DNA of 64,000 nt from Squalus acanthias (Eukaryota). Below the pieces are notes generated by a model. The model was not told the DNA's origin and made no database searches. It saw nothing but the letters and a program-made list of their open reading frames with translations. Below, piece after piece: positions 61,207-64,000 of the stretch; positions within the stretch are counted from its first letter, which is position 1; every line of letters starts with the position of its first letter. A program made the position numbers and the translations under genes. The DNA is taken from contig CM059432.1 of the NCBI GenBank assembly GCA_030390025.1, positions 142,664,001-142,728,000 of the forward strand, given 5' to 3'.

Positions 61207-62872
61207 AAAGAAAGAAGGAACTTGCATTTCTACAGCACCTTTCACCACCTCAGGACGTCCCCGAGCCCTTTGCAACAAATGGAGCACTTTTGAAGTGTGA
61301 TCACCGTTGTAATGTAGGAAACACCGCAGCCAATTTGCGAACAGCAAGATCCCACAAACAGCAATGAGATAAATGATCAGATAATCAGTTTTCTGGTGAT
61401 GTACACAATAGTCCTGCACTCTTTCAGCTGCTCAAAGGCAACCCTTCTGCATTTTGAGTAATCTGTGTTAAAATTGTTGTTCGTGCAGGTGGTCCTAATA
61501 ATCCACCTTAATGGGACTTATTAGCAATGCCAATATCTATCAGCCATTTCTTGGAACAGGTACCAAATCACTGCATATGCCCAGATAGGCATTAGGTGCG
61601 AGGAGCAGGTTGCAAACCTCATGGCATTCAGACATACCTCCAGAGATTAGGGCTAGCTTAAAAGCCAAAGTGCATATTCACATCATATCATCCTCAGAAG
61701 CCTCAGTTTAACATTGTGAAGGAATAAACTATATAACCTTTTTAGAAAAATACACTATCTTATGAAAGAATTCTGGCCTTGTTGAGATAAGACAGTTGTT
61801 GACTCTGAATAAATAATCTTATTGAAACAAAAGAATGAGTGGCTCCGAATGGGTGGCCTTGTTGGAACAGAACAATGGTCAACCCTGGATAAATGATCTT
61901 GATTAAACCTCTTAAAGATGACACATGAGATAAGGGACATCTGCCCGTCACACCTATATGGTAAACTCCCAATAACTATTGCTGATGTGGCAGTAAGAAT
62001 TGCAGAGGTCAGTAGAAAGATGAATAGTGATAATTAACTTGGATCAACAGAAACCTTATGGAATACAACTGAAAAAGGGTATAAATATTGAAGTCTCAAA
62101 TGAGATATCAGAATCGCTTTAATCGGGCAAAGTAATTCTCGACTACAGAGGCGGCTCTGCAGTCTTCCACTCTTTGTACCTCGGGGATCGAAGGTAATTT
62201 GATATTGACGGATATCCTGTATAGAAAATGTTAAGAACTGTAGCAAAGTTGAGATTTAAAAGTAAGATTCTCTGTTAAAAATAAGATCGTATTTTTTCTC
62301 TTTTTAGAACTGTTAACGTTGCGATTGATTGATTCACCAACTGTAAATTGCATGTCGGTTCTTTTAATAAATCTCTATCTATTTTTAGAATTGTCTCACA
62401 TAAGTCTTCTGTATCAATAACTCGCAAACCCAATCTCTGTACACTCTTTGGTGAAGAGGTACATTTCTGAGGGGAGATCTCCGGACCCTCATAATATCCA
62501 GGATGTTACAGTCTGGCTAAACTTATTAAAAGTGCTATCTGGAGAACGGTAACATTCTCGGGTTGCTCCTTTCCTTTAGGGAGAGATAGCCAGGACCTTT
62601 AGACCCAGTTAAGCGTCTTTAGGATGCGGCTACCTCAACCTTTAGTTGAAAGTGAAAATCCGAGAAATGCGCCTGATCCGGGATAGCCCCAAAGGGGCTA
62701 GGACAAGTAAATATCCTTTCAACATCTCATCTGAAAGACAGCACCTCCAACAGTACAGCACTCCCTTAGTACTGGCACGCCAGCCTAGATTTTGTACCCA
62801 CATCTCTGCAGTGGGACTTGAGCCCGTGCTCTTCTGCTTCAGAAGCAAGAGTCTACCCGCTGCGCCACGGCT
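61207..62872 (-). mobile_element. DeuSINE split into 61207-61402 and 62717-62872 by a 1.3-kb foreign insert
   Basis: Both halves are in the same orientation and consensus order; roughly 120 bp of SINE is missing at the junction. Confidence 0.75.
61403..62716 (+). pseudogene. Candidate endogenous viral element: degraded Mononegavirales L-protein fragment (capping/PRNTase region)
   Basis: Manual translation: YITFLEKYT (61730-61756), frameshift, IILLKQKNEWLRMGG..S*LNLLKMTHEIRDICPSHLYG (W at 61840, PSH at 61945); motif spacing resembles L motifs B and C and the run-up to D; many stops; HR motif not intact; not database-verified. Confidence 0.5.
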
Positions 62873-62888
62873 AGAATCTAATGATTAT

Positions 62889-63644
62889 GGCCCGGATTTT
62901 GCGCTCTCGATGATGGCGTATGCATCATCGCAGGCCATCAGAAAGGGCCCGCAAGTTTCGGGTTTCTGCAGGCGCGAAAACCCGGAACATGCGACTTGTC
63001 GAGCTTCGCCTTGACAGATCATCCGCACCGACCCAAAAATCACTTTAGCTGGCGCAGAGTGGGGCTATTTGCCCAACTACTGCCCAGCAAATGCCCACGA
63101 AACCCTCACACCTGGTAAAAGCAGACATAGGGCCTGCTTTCAACAGTGTAAGGGTTAATATAAATCTTAAATTAAAAAATTAAAAATCATGCACAAACAT
63201 TTAAAATTAGTTCATGTAAATTTTGGCCCAGATTAAAATGTTTAAAATAATTTTTCAAAATATTTAATTTTTATTGTATATGCTTTATTGAAGGGAATTT
63301 TAATTACATTTGAAAATGGGAACATTTATTTTTATTCCAGTTGTATAAATTATTTAATTATTTGGGGGATTCCTCATGTGCTTACGGGGGTTCCGTCCGT
63401 AAATGGAATCCCCTGAGCACAATAGGAATCCTCCTTTCTGATTGGAGTACCTGGCCCACGTGATCCCAGGGACGCTTCCGAACCGCCTGCATCCTTGGGA
63501 TCCGTGGGCCTTTATGCAGGCCTACGCCCGCAGGCCCAGGGCCCGAAGTCTTCGAAGCCCGGGAGCCTGAAGGTAAGTGCGGATTTTTTTTATCGGGTCG
63601 GAGGCGTACTCCGCAGGTTAGCCTCCGACCGCAAATCCTGGTCC
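62889..63644. mobile_element. Non-autonomous TIR element with AT-rich core
   Basis: GGCCCGGATTTTGCG..CGCAAATCCTGGTCC imperfect TIRs. Confidence 0.6.
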
Positions 63645-63756
63645 AAGATGTCAAATAGAAAGTATTAAGAACATGTGCACGATGGTTTTTTTTTTAGAGG
63701 AGGTTCTATCCTGTATAAAATGGTACGCTGGTGCTGGTTAAAATATAATCAAATAA

Positions 63757-64000
63757 TCTTCTTTCTTCTTCTTCCTAGGCAGTCCCTCGGAACCGAGGAT
63801 GACTTGCTTCCACACTAAAAATGAGTTCTCGGGTGACTGATGAGTCCAATGCAGTCTCTGTCACAGGTGGGGCAGACGGTGGTTGAAGGGGCGGGTGGGT
63901 GGGGTGCTTGGGTTGACGTGCGCTCCTTCCGCTGTTTGTGCTTGGCTTCCGCCTGCTCCCGGCGAAGAGACTCGAGGTGTTCGGTGCCTTCCTGGATGCT
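63757..64000 (-). mobile_element. RTE-clade LINE 3' end, runs off the window
   Basis: (CTT)n tail; sequence nearly identical to 56417-56660. Confidence 0.85.

Noticed and set aside
61530..61570. YQPFLGTGTKS as the L-protein GxxT motif
   Set aside because: About 100 codons from the motif-C tryptophan; FLEKYT at 61739-61756 fits the expected spacing better.
62040..62580. Long semi-open minus-strand frame across the putative viral insert
   Set aside because: No recognisable motifs; probably the antisense shadow of a decayed plus-strand ORF.

Overview
Repeat-dense vertebrate DNA, most likely a shark or other cartilaginous fish (inferred from SacSINE1-like DeuSINEs and abundant CR1, L2, RTE and Penelope elements). 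The only recognisable host gene piece is the CpG-island promoter and 40-nt first coding exon of EMC2 on the minus strand at about 4.8 kb. The rest is largely nested retroelements. Highlights: (1) a full-length, young, GC-rich Ty3/Gypsy element of the CsRn1 clade (239-bp LTRs, AGAT TSD, tRNA-Trp PBS, CHCC Gag motif) sitting in a CR1 that sits in a SINE; (2) a 1.3-kb non-repetitive insert inside a SINE at 61.4-62.7 kb whose broken plus-strand frames resemble the capping (PRNTase) region of a Mononegavirales L protein, a candidate endogenous RNA-virus fossil that needs a database search; (3) two intact minimal hammerhead ribozymes at Penelope 3' ends; (4) minisatellites born repeatedly at one SINE hairpin and at one CR1 codon stretch. 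Family assignments come from recalled motifs, not searches, and boundaries of degraded repeats are approximate.
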